From Ranitomeya imitator (Eukaryota): a DNA stretch of 64,000 nucleotides. The translations under genes were made by a program, and so were the position numbers. The notes beneath the pieces were generated by a model. The model was not told where the DNA came from, did no database searches, and worked only from the letters and a program-made list of their open reading frames with translations. Every line of letters begins with the position of its first letter. Position 1 is the first letter of the stretch. Below, piece by piece: positions 46,321-57,696 of this stretch. Where the stretch lies: contig NC_091288.1 of assembly GCF_032444005.1 (NCBI RefSeq), positions 40,858,001 through 40,922,000 of the forward strand, in the 5' to 3' direction.

Positions 46321-47037
46321 ATGAAGATCCTCCTGGTGTTTGACTTTGACCACACGATTGTGAATGATAACAGCGACACCTGGATTGTCCAATGCGCTCC
46401 AGATAAGAAGCTCCCGCGCCGATTACAAAACTCCTACGAAAAGGGGAAATGGACAGAGTACATGGGTCGGATTTTCCGCTACTTAGGAGAACAGGGAATT
46501 CGAGAGGATGACATGAAGAGAATCATGATCGCCATACCCTACACTCCCGGGATGACGGAGCTCCTCCACTTCATCGGCCAAAACAAGGATCGTTTTGATT
46601 GCATCATCATTTCCGATTCCAATACCATCTTCATTGATTGGATTCTCGCCCACGCCGACGTGAACAACGTTTTTGATCAGGTGTTCACGAACCCCGCAAC
46701 CTTCGACCGTTTGGGGAACCTCACGGTGCAGAATTTCCACGTCCACCATTGTGCAACCTGCCCGACGAACCTGTGCAAGAAAAAAGTGTTGGAAGAGTTT
46801 GTGGCCAAGCAGATGTCCAGTGGAGTGGACTACTCGAAAATCGTTTACATCGGGGATGGCAGCAATGACCTCTGTCCTGTAACCTTCCTGAAGAAGGGTG
46901 ACATCGCCATGCCTAGGGAGGGTTACACGCTGCAGAAGAAACTTGCCAAGGAGGTTGAGCTCATTGATTCTTCGATTAGCGTCTGGTCAACTGGGGCCGA
47001 GATCTTGTCTCATCTCAAGCGCTTGCTGGAAGGATAA
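46321..47037 (+). CDS. PHOSPHO2: Pyridoxal phosphate phosphatase PHOSPHO2, 238 aa, single coding exon (splice acceptor at 46297/46298)
   Basis: HAD motifs DFDHT, IISDSN, CKKK and YIGDGSND; synteny between CFAP210 and KLHL23. Confidence 0.96.
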   Translation: MKILLVFDFDHTIVNDNSDTWIVQCAPDKKLPRRLQNSYEKGKWTEYMGRIFRYLGEQGIREDDMKRIMIAIPYTPGMTELLHFIGQNKDRFDCIIISDSNTIFIDWILAHADVNNVFDQVFTNPATFDRLGNLTVQNFHVHHCATCPTNLCKKKVLEEFVAKQMSSGVDYSKIVYIGDGSNDLCPVTFLKKGDIAMPREGYTLQKKLAKEVELIDSSISVWSTGAEILSHLKRLLEG

Positions 47038-47129
47038 GCTTCTGCCATGAGATAAGACAGATCAGTAGATCGTTTTATCTTGTCCTTGTCGTAAATAAGC
47101 ACAAAATCTGCATATTTATCCTAAATGTC

Positions 47130-47135
47130 AATAAA
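47130..47135 (+). terminator. Probable PHOSPHO2 polyadenylation signal
   Basis: AATAAA about 90 nt after the stop, followed by GT/T-rich sequence. Confidence 0.55.
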
Positions 47136-47767
47136 TGTGTTTCCTAGTGATCCTTTACACAATAGTTGGGTTTTCAGGTCTAGCGCTGAGGTTCTGTTTC
47201 AGTGTTTTTTCTTCCGCCCTTTAGAGATTCGATGCGATACAAAAAGATTTTTCAATCCAAACGATCTCTCGATTGTTCCTCAGCTAGCCTCGATGGGGCA
47301 TGTTTTTTAAGAAATCCCTAATGTGGTACGGGATGTCAATGGGATAGCCTGAAATCTTGGCAAAAAGTGGCCATGCACATCAGATTAGGACCACCCAGTT
47401 GGATAAGGATTGTCCAAGTAGTGAACGGGCATCCGATTATGCCGCGCTCCAGGTTTCGGCCAATGGTCACCCGCCTCCATGGACCCCCTACTGCCATTAA
47501 CCTAAAGGGGGTCTGACGATTTAGATGCGATGGTCGCTTTTCATCCTGACATCCAAGGGGTTAAAGAGTTATCTCCAATATCAGCATCTGATGTGTAAAA
47601 AAGCCGGCACCTGTGAGCCCATTCCATACAAACTCTCCCGACTTCTGCCATACATAGAAGTCTTTAAATGCTGGCGAGAAGATGGGATCCCCAAACTTAT
47701 GGGCCCCATATCTTATTCATGGCCTGTCTCCGTTGATGGTACACCACTGGGTATGACACATTCTTAA

Positions 47768-48195
47768 AGGGAATCTGTCACCAGTTGTTTTTTTTTTTTT
47801 TGCTATGTAATCTGAGGGCAGCACAGTGTAGGGACAGAGACCTTGATTCCAACCATGTGTCACTTAGTGTACTGGGTGCAGCAGTTGTGATTGGATCAGA
47901 GTTTTCTCTGCTGCAGATCTAGCTGAGCTCTGTATAATCCCGCCCACACCACTGATTGGCTGGTTTTTGTGTATACTGCCCATGAACAGAAAGCTGCTAA
48001 TTACTGATGGAGGCGGGGTTACACAGAGCAGGAGGACTACATGGCACGAGAAAAATAGTCCTTTAGTAATAATTTCTGCTGATAACACTTTTACTGAAAC
48101 GGAAACATACAGCCGAGTAAGTGATATGTCATTGGAATCAGGGTCTCAGCCCCTACATCATGCTGACATAGCAAAAATCTGCTGACAAACTCCCT
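47768..48195. mobile_element. TTAA-flanked MITE (Kolobok/T2-type)
   Basis: TTAA at 47764 and 48196; termini AGGGAATCTGTCA / TGACAAACTCCCT. Confidence 0.7.
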
Positions 48196-49562
48196 TTAAG
48201 AAGATTTAACCATTGTTATTTCATACGCTGGCTCGTATTTGTTTTTACACCATATCTTGGCTAAAAGATGGAGCGTTTTCTACAGAAGGTTATCTCTCCA
48301 CCTGGGGTTTTGCTTTTGTTTTTACTCTCCAATAAATTATTTGTCAGGATAAAATCGGGAAACCAAAGATTGATAATTTTAAAGGAGCTTTTCCAGGACT
48401 TAAATGTTCATGACCTTTTTCTTTTTTTTTTTTTTTGGTCTTCAAATCCGATAAGTGAGTGTCCGGCACTTTCCAACCCTTCATTCTGCTGCTTGTAGTT
48501 CCCTCTGCAGCCAGCTATACAAAGCCAGAACAGCACCTCATAGTGGCCGTTCTCATGTATTGCAGCTCATCCCTGATTGACGTGAACAGTGTTACCTCCA
48601 CCCATCCAATAATAAGAGGTTATCCTATGATGAACAGGCTGTCAATATGTAAGTACTAGTAACCCCCTTTAAAGATGACAAAAACAAGGTCCAACAATTG
48701 GGACATTCCAAGTCAATCGAACCGAAAATGCATTTGGGATTTCCCTAAAAAAAATTGTTTTTAATATCAGTAACTGACAAATTGCCCAATTATATCCTAC
48801 TACTACTTGATTTATGTTTTCATATAAAGGGTGCATGACAAAGTTGGAGTAACTTAATAAATACTGTGCATTGGTTACTCTTGTCTGAGTTGTGCTGCAG
48901 AGCTGAAATCTCTAAGCATACTTTGCACATTGATTTATATACTGATTAGTTTTACATTGCGGCTTGTGTTGCCCATATAGCAGACACGGTATAGCCATCT
49001 AATGTAGGAATAACGAATTGTGCCCCTTACATCTAGGGAGCTCAGCTAATCCCTTAGGGTTGTGTCTGTGGACGAGCTTTAACAACTAAGAGAATTGTGA
49101 ATGCAGCTCTGGAGTATAATACAGGCAGGACAGGATAAGTAATGTAAGCGATCGTTTTGTACAAGATTCTATGAACTTGAAAATGGCGTTCAGAGGTCAC
49201 CATACATTGTAAAAGTCATGTATTTCTGCCCTGCGGTGAAAGTTCACTGTGTGATTGCGTTTCTTTGCATATGGTGAGGATTTATTGATGTAATTATGAC
49301 TCTGATCTTTACACTTTTCATATTCATTATGATTTGCATGTCCAGGACGCTGCTGCACCGATTTGAATGTAACTTGAATTCAAGTAACCTAGGTCTAATA
49401 AAAGAAAAAGAAAAAATGAAATCAGATCCTTACTGAGATAATAAAAAAAAAAGTTTACCGTGATGTATAAGATGATTTTTTTTATACCATACATTAATAA
49501 CCACTCTTATTAGGAGAAGGTCGGCGGCACCAGGGGATGTTGGTCGGATGGGCTAATATATA

Positions 49563-49630
49563 CAGGGGCTTCTCACAAAATTAGAATATCATCAAAAAGT
49601 TAATTTTATTTCAGTTCTCCAATACAAAAA
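49563..49630 (+). mobile_element. Truncated Tc1-type terminal repeat fragment
   Basis: TA-CAGGGGCTTCTCACAAAATTAGAATAT resembles the end of the Tc1 at 51400 (CAGGTCCTTCTCAAAAAATTAGCATAT); no partner end is seen. Confidence 0.5.
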
Positions 49631-50253
49631 GTGGTTAGCACAGTGGCTCAGTGGTTAGCACAGTGGCTCAGTGGTTAGCACAGTGGCTCAGTGGTTAGCA
49701 CAGTGGCTCAGTGGTTAGCACAGTGGTTAGCACAGTGGCTCAGTGGTTAGCACAGTGGCTCAGTGGTTAGCACAGTGGCTCAGTGGTTAGCATAGTGGCT
49801 CAGTGGTTAGCACAGTGGCTCAGTGGTTAGCACAGTGGCTCAGTGGTTGGCACAGTGGCTCAGTGGTTGGCACAGTGGCTCAGTGGTTGGCACAGTGGCT
49901 CAGTGGTTAGCACAGTGGCTCAGTGGTTAGCACAGTGGCTCAGTGGTTAGCACAGTGGCTCAGTGGTTAGCACAGTGGCTCAGTGGTTAGCACAGTGGCT
50001 CAGTGGTTAGCACAGTGGCTCAGTGGTTAGCACAGTGGCTCAGTGGTTAGCACAGTGGCTCAGTGGTTAGCACAGTGGCTCAGTGGTTGGCACAGTGGCT
50101 CAGTGGTTGGCACAGTGGCTCAGTGGTTGGCACAGTGGCTCAGTGGTTGGCACAGTGACTCAGTGGTTAGCACAGTGGCTTAGTGGTTAGCACAGTGGCT
50201 CAGTGGTTAGCACAGTGACTCAGTGGTTAGCACAGTGGCTCAGTGGTTAGCAC
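49631..50253 (+). repeat. 20-bp tandem array (GTGGTTAGCACAGTGGCTCA), about 30 units, derived from the SINE head
   Basis: The array runs directly into the tRNA-like SINE head; each unit contains TGGCTCAGTGG. Confidence 0.93.
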
Positions 50254-50439
50254 TGCAGCCTTGCAACCCTGGAGTCCTGGGTTCAAATCCCACCAAGGGC
50301 AACATCTGCAAGGATTTTGTATGTTCTCCCCGTATTTGCGTGGGTTTCCTCCCACATTCCAAAGACATACTGATAGGGAATGTAGATTGTAAAGCGCTGT
50401 GGAATTAATGGCGCTGTATAAATGAGTAAAATAAATAAA
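50229..50439 (+). mobile_element. tRNA-derived SINE (V-SINE-like)
   Basis: A box TGGCTCAGTGG (50236-50246), B box GGTTCAAATCC (50280-50290), central TGTATGTTCTCCCCGT...GCGTGGGTTTCCTCC block, and a GTAAAGCGCTG...ATAAAT tail ending in an AAAT repeat. Confidence 0.8.
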
Positions 50440-51399
50440 CCTGAGTATGCTTGCCTCGTGTAAGGAAGGTGATTTGTAACCCGATAACCTGCTCCCTGAC
50501 TTTATTCGGATGAGAACTGTGAGCTGGTTTCCTGGTGAAAAACTAAATAAAAGATGTTCTCTGTTTCCACGCAGTGAATGGGAATCTGATCCTGTACGGC
50601 CTCCCATCCTCACGCATGGCCACCTCTGATATAGCAAAAATGGATTCTTTAAAACTTAACCTTTACTTGGTTTAATAAAAATTACGACCAACAACAAAAT
50701 ACAAAAAAAATGATCACGTGGAGAAACAAAAAGTGCCCTTTACCCAATGGACAGTGGGGTGTATGGTAGCTAAAATGTCTTCAGTGCTGTTCTCCGCACA
50801 CAAAATCAGACACCAGTCTGAAAATGCCTATAGGACTTATTACTTATTAATTAAAGGGCACTTTTTGTTTCTACACGTGATCATTTTTTTGTTGGTCATC
50901 ATTTTTATTATACCTAGTAAAGGTTAAGTTTTAAAGAATCCAGGATTTTGCTATATCAGTACCTACATTTATGGGTTGGCCATTATTCCCTGCTGTGTAT
51001 ACTAAGTGGCCAAATAAACCACATCTATGGAATATGAAAAGGGAAAATAATTCACTTTTCTTTTTTTTTGTGTGTTAATCTTTAGAGATTTTTACAATAC
51101 ATATTTAAAGTCTGTCACCCCCAAAACTCCAGCGTTCTAGTAGTCATATAGGGGGCAAAGCCATTACATATCACTAGTAACGTGCCTTTCATTTATAATA
51201 ATCTCTGGAGGCGGATTCTTGGGGAGATCTTAACAGCTCATTTGCATATTAAGAAAAACGTTTATTTCTCAGGTATAAAACATCGGATCGCAGATATCAA
51301 GGTGTCATTTTAGTCATCTTTCTTTAACTTGCATGAACATATAGACGGCTTAGGAGGGTTGACATGTGACCTTTTAACAGATCTTTTCTCCATTTTATA

Positions 51400-53008
51400 C
51401 AGGTCCTTCTCAAAAAATTAGCATATAGTGTTAAATTTCATTATTTACCATAATGTAATGATTAGAATTAAACTTTCATATATTATAGATTCATTATCCA
51501 CCAACTGAAATTTGTCAGGTCTTTTATTGTTTTAATACTGATGATTTTGGCATACAACTCCTGATAACCCAAAAAACCTGTCTCAATAAATTAGCATATC
51601 AAGAAAAGGTTCTCTAAACGACCTATTACCCTAATCTTCTGAATCAACTAATTAACTCTAAACACATGCAAAAGATACCTGAGGCTTTTATAAACTCCCT
51701 GCCTGGTTCATTACTCAAAACCCCCATCATGGGTAAGACTAGCGACCTGACAGATGTCAAGAAGGCCATCATTGACACCCTCAAGCAAGAGGGTAAGACC
51801 CAGAAAGAAATTTCTCAACAAATAGGCTGTTCCCAGAGTGCTGTATCAAGGCACCTCAATGGTAAGTCTGTTGGAAGGAAACAATGTGGCAGAAAACGCT
51901 GTACAACGAGAAGAGGAGACCGGACCCTGAGGAAGATTGTGGAGAAGGACCGATTCCAGACCTTGGGGAACCTGAGGAAGCAGTGGACTGAGTCTGGTGT
52001 GGAAACATCCAGAGCCACCGTGCACAGGCGTGTGCAGGAAATGGGCTACAGGTGCCGCATTCCCCAGGTAAAGCCACTTTTGAACCATAAACAGCGGCAG
52101 AGGCGCCTGACCTGGGCTACAGAGAAGCAGCACTGGACTGTTGCTAAGTGGTCCCAAGTACTTTTTTCTGTTGAAAGCAAATTTTGCATGTCATTCGGAA
52201 ATCAAGGTGCCAGAGTCTGGAGGAAGACTGGGGAGAAGGAAATGCCAAAATGCCTGAAGTCCAGTGTCAAGTACCCACAGTCAGTGATGGTGTGGGGTGC
52301 CATGTCAGCTGCTGGTGTTGGTCCACTGTGTTTCATCAAGGGCAGGGTCAATGCAGCTAGCTATCAGGAGATTTTGGAGCACTTCATGCTTCCATCGGCT
52401 GAAATGCTTTATGGAGATGAAGATTTCATTTTTCAGCACGACCTGGCACCTGCTCACAGTGCCAAAACCACTGGTAAATGGTTTACTGACCATGGTATTA
52501 CTGTGCTCAATTGGCCTGCCAACTCTCCTGACCTGAACCCCATAGAGAATCTGTGGGATATTGTGAAGAGAAAGTTGAGAGACGCAAGACCCAACACTCT
52601 GGATGAGCTTAAGGCCGCTATTGAAGCATCCTGGGCCTCCATAACATCTCAGCAGTGTCACAGGCTGATTGCCTCCATGCCACGCCGCATTGAAGCAGTC
52701 ATTTCTGCCAAAGGATTCCCGACCAAGTATTGAGTGCATAACTGAACATTATTATTTGTTGGTTTTTTTGTTTGTTATTAAAAAACACTTTTATTTGATT
52801 GGATGGGTGAAATATGCTAATTTATTGAGACAGGTTTTTTGGGTTATCAGGAGTTGTATGCCAAAATCATCAGTATTAAAACAATAAAAGACCTGACAAA
52901 TTTCAGTTGGTGGATAATGAATCTATAATATATGAATGAATCTTAATCATTACATTATGGTAAATAATGAAATTTAACACTATATGCTAATTTTTTGAGA
53001 AGGACCTG
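51400..53008 (+). mobile_element. Full-length Tc1 transposon, Passport-like, 1609 bp
   Basis: TA at 51398-51399 and 53009-53010; ~200 bp TIRs (51400-51599 and 52812-53008) with an AAATTAGCATAT direct repeat at both ends of each TIR. Confidence 0.95.
51729..52733 (+). CDS. Tc1 transposase, 334 aa, open frame; the first catalytic Asp is replaced by Val
   Basis: Paired-like HTH N-terminus MGKTSDLT..., GRKR linker, FSVES in place of FSDES, FQHD-(34 aa)-E in SPDLNPIENLW, and C-terminal MPRR...KGFPTKY. Confidence 0.92.
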   Translation: MGKTSDLTDVKKAIIDTLKQEGKTQKEISQQIGCSQSAVSRHLNGKSVGRKQCGRKRCTTRRGDRTLRKIVEKDRFQTLGNLRKQWTESGVETSRATVHRRVQEMGYRCRIPQVKPLLNHKQRQRRLTWATEKQHWTVAKWSQVLFSVESKFCMSFGNQGARVWRKTGEKEMPKCLKSSVKYPQSVMVWGAMSAAGVGPLCFIKGRVNAASYQEILEHFMLPSAEMLYGDEDFIFQHDLAPAHSAKTTGKWFTDHGITVLNWPANSPDLNPIENLWDIVKRKLRDARPNTLDELKAAIEASWASITSQQCHRLIASMPRRIEAVISAKGFPTKY

Positions 53009-56000
53009 TAATCACAGAATAACTGCACATCTAATACCTGTACCTCATTAAATAGGACTTGAATTTAATTTTAAAATCGACTTTGATATGTGATATGGAT
53101 TAAAAAAAACCCGTGATTTAATAAATGTATTTGTTGAAACTGTTCGGTCTTTATGTGCTCTTTAACACATGGTCTCCTACTATTAGTGCACCAAATGTAC
53201 TTCTAGAATAAAAAATGTTGAGCGTTCAGCACTTGTTTCTTGGCATAGAACTTAAAAAAAAAACTAGGTTGGCAAAATTGGAACATAGAAGAATTCCATA
53301 TTTCCTTCTAGATTTTAATTTCGGACTGTCTTTATTTTCTGTTACATACTTTCCATGACCATCTATCTTACATAAAAGTGGTTTTCCCGTTTTTAGAAAA
53401 GTTGTCCCTAAATGTTTTCCGTCAAGTAAAATAACAAAGCCAGATGCTACTCACCTCTTAACCCCCACCACCAATGTGAGTTACTGGATTCTATAGCTGG
53501 AATCCTAAAGTGCTCAATTTAGTATTGAGATTATACAGCCATTCTGACATGGAATTTCAAAGTAAGTAAACCTGCCTCATCCGGTCCAAGATATTTATTT
53601 AATAATGTATGCAGTTTATACTGTGAAATTCGGTGCCAGATCCTCTTTAAATTACTTAGAAAAAAACAATGGTCACAAAGAAACATGAATTTCAAGCTTT
53701 TTATTTTATGGTTTTAATTAAATTTTTTTAATTTATATCATACACTTCTTTCCTGTATTTTTTTTTTTTTTAAGTTGTATAGGGAATTCTATGTGTAAAA
53801 CGCCATACCCAAGGCATACTGTTTTGATAAATGCCACACAAAAAAAACAGCACTATGAGCTTTTTAGTATTTCCTATAGGGTTTAGCATTTTGAGCCAGA
53901 AATTAAAATTTGCAAAATAATGTGGAATAATTCCGCTTTTTTCCTGTTACTATGGGAAGCAGAAAATCTTGAGTGTACCAAGAAAATTCAGGTTATCCTA
54001 GAGTGCAGCGGTTTACCATCCTTGAAAAAGGGGACAGTTTTTCAAGGGTGTACCCTATAGACAAGCGAATCGGTCAAAATTCAAATTTGCCTGTTCACAC
54101 AGATTTTCCTGGGAAATTTAATTCACAAAGAAGTTATTCTCTGTGTGTTACGCATCTGTCCCCTATCCATGTTTTGCTACCCTCACGGCAATACGCTAAA
54201 CTGTTGTGCTCAACATCGGGCTATGCAGATGGCCCAGCGTGCTCCCATGTGATCTTTTGCCTGTGCATATATAAGGCTCATCAAGACACACACTTATATC
54301 TCAGTATTAAAACTTTAGTGTTCCTAAGTTCTGTCTGCCTGCTGCCTTCAGTATCTCTGCAACTAGGCTATGGTCTCCAAAACGTCTCTTGGCTGCTGGC
54401 GGCGTCCAGTCCCTCAGTCTTCTGTCCACCAGCATTTCCAGTACCTCTGCCATCTGTCTCCCTTACCTGCTGTTATGATCATGCTCACACACACACACAC
54501 ACACACACACGGGCAACAGAAGAGGGAAAGAACTACTAAAAAGAGAAGCCGCACCTGTACCCAACTGGTCCTTGTACAGACTAGAAAAGGCCCTAACCAC
54601 ACAACTACAAGTAAATACATCTCAGGTCTGACTTCCTAAAAGGCCATCAAGGGGTTTATCATAGCTGCTGAGCAACTAAAGGGGAGGCTGCAACACAAAT
54701 CTAAAGGTACCTTCACACTGAGCAACTTTTGATATTTACCCTGTATGTAGTAAACACACATACTCACATTCCGGTGTCTGTCACGTCCCTCGCCGTCAGC
54801 TTCCCGCACTGACTGTGAGCGCCAGCCGTAAAGCACAGCGGTGACGTCACAGCTGTGCTCTGCTTTACGGCCGGCCCTCACAGTCAGTGCGGGAAGCTGA
54901 CGGCGAGGGACGTGACAGACACCGGAATGTGAGTATGTAGTGTTTTTTTTTTTTACATTTACAATGGTAACCAGGGTAAATATCAGGTTACTAAGCGCGG
55001 CCCTGCGCTTAGTAACCCGATGTTTACCCTGGTTACCCGGGAACTTCGGCATCGTTGGTCGCTGGAGAGCTGTCTGTGTGACAGCTCTCCAGCGACCACA
55101 CAACGACTTACCAACGATCACGTCGTATCGCTGGTCGTGATCGTTGGTAAATCGCTTAGTGTAACGGTATCTTAACAAAGAGGAAAGCGTGCAGGGAGAC
55201 AGGATAACACAGGGTGAGAAACAAACACGTTTACAAAGGATAGACAGTGGAGAACAAAGGAAAGGTGCTGGGGAGTAAAACTAACAGATTTGCAGCAGGA
55301 AAAACAACTGGGGCTTACCGGACCAGGTAAACCCCCTAGTTGAAGAGCTGGAACTAAAAACACCAATCTATATGGAAATATAGCCAGCAAGTGAGTTAAG
55401 TGAAAGGTGAACATATAAAGCCCATCCCAAAATGTGACAGGATAGAATCCAAAGGGAAAATACCTGGAAATAAGCCAATCAAGAAAGGAAAACCAAGACA
55501 AAAGAAACCAGCATTTGGACAGAGACGAAAAGGACTGTAGCCCAGCAGACAGAGAAACCGACCACGCAGCAAAAGTTCACTGGATTGGATACCAAAACCG
55601 AGCTATGACACCTGCTGCACTGATGCCCATGGCTCGTATGCCCACCCAGACCTTGGGCTTGGAGATTCAACCTCACCAGCTGAAATTAACACTGTGAACT
55701 TAATATCTATTGTGATGCTATGGGATCTCTTCAGACCTTAGAAAATAATAAATGTAATATGTAAAAAAAAAATATTTGTATTACCGCTCAACTTTCCAGC
55801 TTCCCCCAGCTCCTCATCATCACCCGGTCAGTCAACGCTGCTCGCGCTGATATCCGTGAGCCTCTCGTACTGGGTTGGACTTCCAGCTTTGATGTGGCCA
55901 AGGAGGGTTCTGTGCATGCAGATGTAATGTCACGGCGTACACCATAACATCATAACCTTTCATGCCCTTGCACAGAATCCTCATCAAAGCTAGAAGTACA

Positions 56001-57696
56001 GCCCAGCGTGGGAGGTCCGGGGACTTCAGCACGAGCAGTGGCGATCTGAAGATGCAGCGAGTACGAGAGGTGCCAGAGAGGTAAGAGGTGTATAAGAATT
56101 TTTTTAAGCATTTTTATGGCCATTTCTGGATCATAAAAATGGCCGCCAACAATTGCCACTTTTCTAAATCGAAGTAGGAGCGAATTGAATAAAATACATA
56201 TTTTGGTGAAAGAGGACGTTCATAAAATTAAATTCTACTTGAATTTATTTGCTCCTCTCTAAAAAAAAAAAATTCTGCAGACGCTGTTTGTTGTACTCAG
56301 GAACATTTCTCCTTAAGCTGTTCTCTCTGAGCTATTCCAGCCACATTTTATATGGCTATATGTGATTTTATGTGCATATATTTTTGCATTATTTTATGCA
56401 CTGCTGAATTTTATTTAGATATTTTATGTACCGTAATCATTGTTCTAATATAATTAATGCTAACAATAAAAAAAATCAGTAATTTATATGTATGTCATTA
56501 GTAATATAACAATATAGATACTATGAAGTAGTATTGCACAGTGGTGCAGGTTTGTGACAGTGTATCATCTGCTGGGTCAGACAGTCCCAGTGACCTTTGG
56601 CAGGGGATGGGGAGAGGGATACTGTGTATTCTTGCAGGGGATGGGGAGCAGCTGGGATACCAAAATAGGAGGTGCCATTTCCCTCCCCTCTGCAAAGCAA
56701 CTCTCTACAATTCCAAATCCCTGTGTGCAGCTGATGCCAAAGATGGTGAACAAGGAGGCGCTGTATCCAATGGCATCAGCCTGGGAAACACTGCAAAAGC
56801 CAGGCAGCTGACAAGCCATTAACACTTCGCAGCCCACGCTAGAGCTCTGCAGGTAAACAAAGCTCCAATGACAAGTGGTAATGGAGAGGCAGCAGGTATG
56901 TGGTGCATCCTCCTCACAGATGTGTCCTGCCAGGCTGGTCACTGCTCAATCCATTGACAATGCAAAAGACAAAGGGTTGGAATGAAATGCACAGGAGTGA
57001 ATGGGGTGACTGCATTGTTTGGGGGATCTTATTATCTCTTGGCCCATAGACCCTGTAGATAGGAAGTTATTGAGTGGATTTTGGATTTGCATGCTTGTGT
57101 TGCTCTGTGCCATAGATAATGATGGAGGGAGGTGCATTTATCCTAAGGCTGACAGCTCCCAGCTAATCCCAGTAATGGATGGTAATAGGTTTGCCGTAGT
57201 GTCTTCCATCCGTGGGCTTTATTTACAATAACACAACCGCAGATGCCGGCACAGAAGGCTGCGGCTGCCCACACAATAGCATTTCATTGTGGTGGTTATC
57301 ACTATGACATGCGGTAATCTGCAGGATGGGGGGTGGGGAGTATTATTTTGGGAAATAGTTGGGTAAATAGAAGATGCTGTTGAGCGATGTCTTCTGCTGA
57401 TTGAAGCTTAACCCATTAGGAAGCGAACCGAGAAACTCCACGAGGCTGAATCCGATTATTCCGTAGGCTTCATAAACAAGGGCGGTAATGTATCCGGAAT
57501 ATACTGTATCACACGTGTCTTTGTATTCCGAGGCATTGCTGCTGTGTAACCTTGTAACATATACACTTACACACAATGGTTCCTCCTTCGTTGGCTTTCA
57601 CCGATATATCCTGGTGTTAGGTGTCACGGATAAAAGTTTGTGTATTGCCATTCCCTTTATAGTGACTTTTCTTCATTGCCCTATTATTTTGCAGCC

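Noticed and set aside
49631-50300. Possible tRNA gene or CRISPR array
   Set aside because: A and B boxes are followed by SINE body and tail rather than an acceptor stem and terminator; the repeats have no spacers.
53950-55700. Possible LTR or LINE remnant with several short ORFs
   Set aside because: No recognisable protein motif, paired LTR or TSD could be established by eye; only an internal palindromic MITE (~54710-55175) and a (CA)n tract are evident.
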